Position numbers and translations under genes: made by a program
DNA from: Candidatus Yanofskybacteria bacterium
GTDB taxonomy: Bacteria; Patescibacteriota; Minisyncoccia; 2-02-FULL-40-12; GWA2-44-9
Direction: 5' to 3'
Length of the DNA stretch: 64,000 nucleotides
NCBI GenBank assembly: GCA_003514055.1
Contig: DOSG01000002.1
Span: 13,985 to 77,984, forward strand
The notes under the pieces: generated by a model
Told to the model about the DNA's origin: nothing
Seen by the model: only the letters and a program-made list of their open reading frames with translations
Databases searched by the model: none
In this document: piece after piece, positions 63,201-64,000 of the stretch
Position numbering within the stretch: the stretch's first letter is position 1
Layout: every line of letters starts with the position of its first letter

Positions 63201-63880
63201 CGCTAATCATCATTTGGATAATAGGGATTACCAGCTTCACGCTTTTGGGGAGTTGGTATGCCAGAAGATACAATAAGCCGGATTTGCTGATCGGCTTATA
63301 CGTGACTTTTATTTTGGTGGCTCAAATCTTAGCCGCTAAAATTTCTGTTTTCGATCTAGGGTTCGCGACTTTTTATGGCCCAAGCGGAGTCCTGCTATTT
63401 GCTGTTACTTATCTTTTTACCGATATCGTAAACGAGAAATTTGGCAGACGAGAGACTCAAAAGATGATTGCGATAGCATTCGTGTCTCAGGTGGCGATGG
63501 TCTTCTTTTTTTGGCTGGGCACACGCTTAGCTCCGGCACCTTTTTGGAATATGCAGAATACCTGGGAGCAAATATTCGGCATGGTTCCTCGAATAACTCT
63601 GGCCAGCTGGATAGCTTTTCTTGTTTCTGAGAACCTGGATGCCTATATATATTCTTGGTTTAAGGAATATACTAAGGGTAGGCATCTATGGGCGCGTAAT
63701 GTATTTAGCTCGATGCCGGCTTTACTAATCGATAGTCTGATATTTATACCTATCGCATTCTTGGGTATTTCTCCAATCTTTCCGCTTATTCTTGGCCAAA
63801 CAATTTTGAAGTGGCTGGTGGGAATAGTGAATATACCATTCATGTATCTCAACAGATACATACTAAACCTGAAAGCTTAA
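63197..63880 (+). CDS. queuosine precursor transporter (YhhQ/Vut_1 family)
   Basis: LFTDIVNEKFG, PRITLASWIAFLVSE.LD, LWARN..S....DSLIF..IAF. Confidence 0.9.
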   Translation: MTLIIIWIIGITSFTLLGSWYARRYNKPDLLIGLYVTFILVAQILAAKISVFDLGFATFYGPSGVLLFAVTYLFTDIVNEKFGRRETQKMIAIAFVSQVAMVFFFWLGTRLAPAPFWNMQNTWEQIFGMVPRITLASWIAFLVSENLDAYIYSWFKEYTKGRHLWARNVFSSMPALLIDSLIFIPIAFLGISPIFPLILGQTILKWLVGIVNIPFMYLNRYILNLKA

Positions 63881-63897
63881 AAACATTTAAATATACT

Positions 63898-64000
63898 ATG
63901 AAAAATAAAATAATTTGGTTTAGAGCTAAGACGTATGGTTGGGGCTGGTATCCGTCTACATGGCAAGGTTGGCTGATCATCGTTGCCTATCTATTCTTCT
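63898..64000 (+). CDS. small membrane protein, 5' part (truncated by window edge)
   Basis: MKNKIIWFRAKTYGWGWYPSTWQGWLIIVAYLFF. Confidence 0.7.
   Translation, partial: MKNKIIWFRAKTYGWGWYPSTWQGWLIIVAYLFF

Overview
Core-genome segment of a Candidate Phyla Radiation (Patescibacteria, Parcubacteria-like) bacterium. The assignment is inferred from the absence of rpmD (L30) and rplI (L9) at their usual positions, a 23S-5S unit with no adjacent 16S, and the typical CPR gene content. The standard code is used (TGA is a stop). In order the window holds: the 3' end of fusA, tuf, the S10-spc ribosomal protein cluster to secY-adk-map, a CAP-protein/sortase/surface-protein cluster, a stand-alone 23S-5S rRNA unit, rodA, rpoBC, ftsK, recA, rpsF-ssb-rpsR, ychF, a phosphomannomutase, rnj, tRNA-Leu, PGI/PMI, an ABC substrate-binding protein, secG, uvrC, a GC-rich mini-island, groESL with CIRCE, lemA-DUF2207-htpX, tRNA-Ser, and an accessory block (DUF4238, hypothetical proteins, uppP, rsgA, alr, queuosine-precursor transporter). 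The most unusual signals are non-coding. (1) A 76-nt tRNA-Met(CAU)-like cloverleaf ending in CCA sits inside a ~240-nt structured insertion in helix 45 of the 23S rRNA. (2) A dispersed ~82-nt structured repeat occurs as four full copies and one relic; its conserved core is always enclosed by a different, locus-specific stem. (3) Structured cassettes downstream of both tRNAs duplicate the tRNA 3' ends. All assignments come from motif recognition by eye; no searches or folding programs were run.
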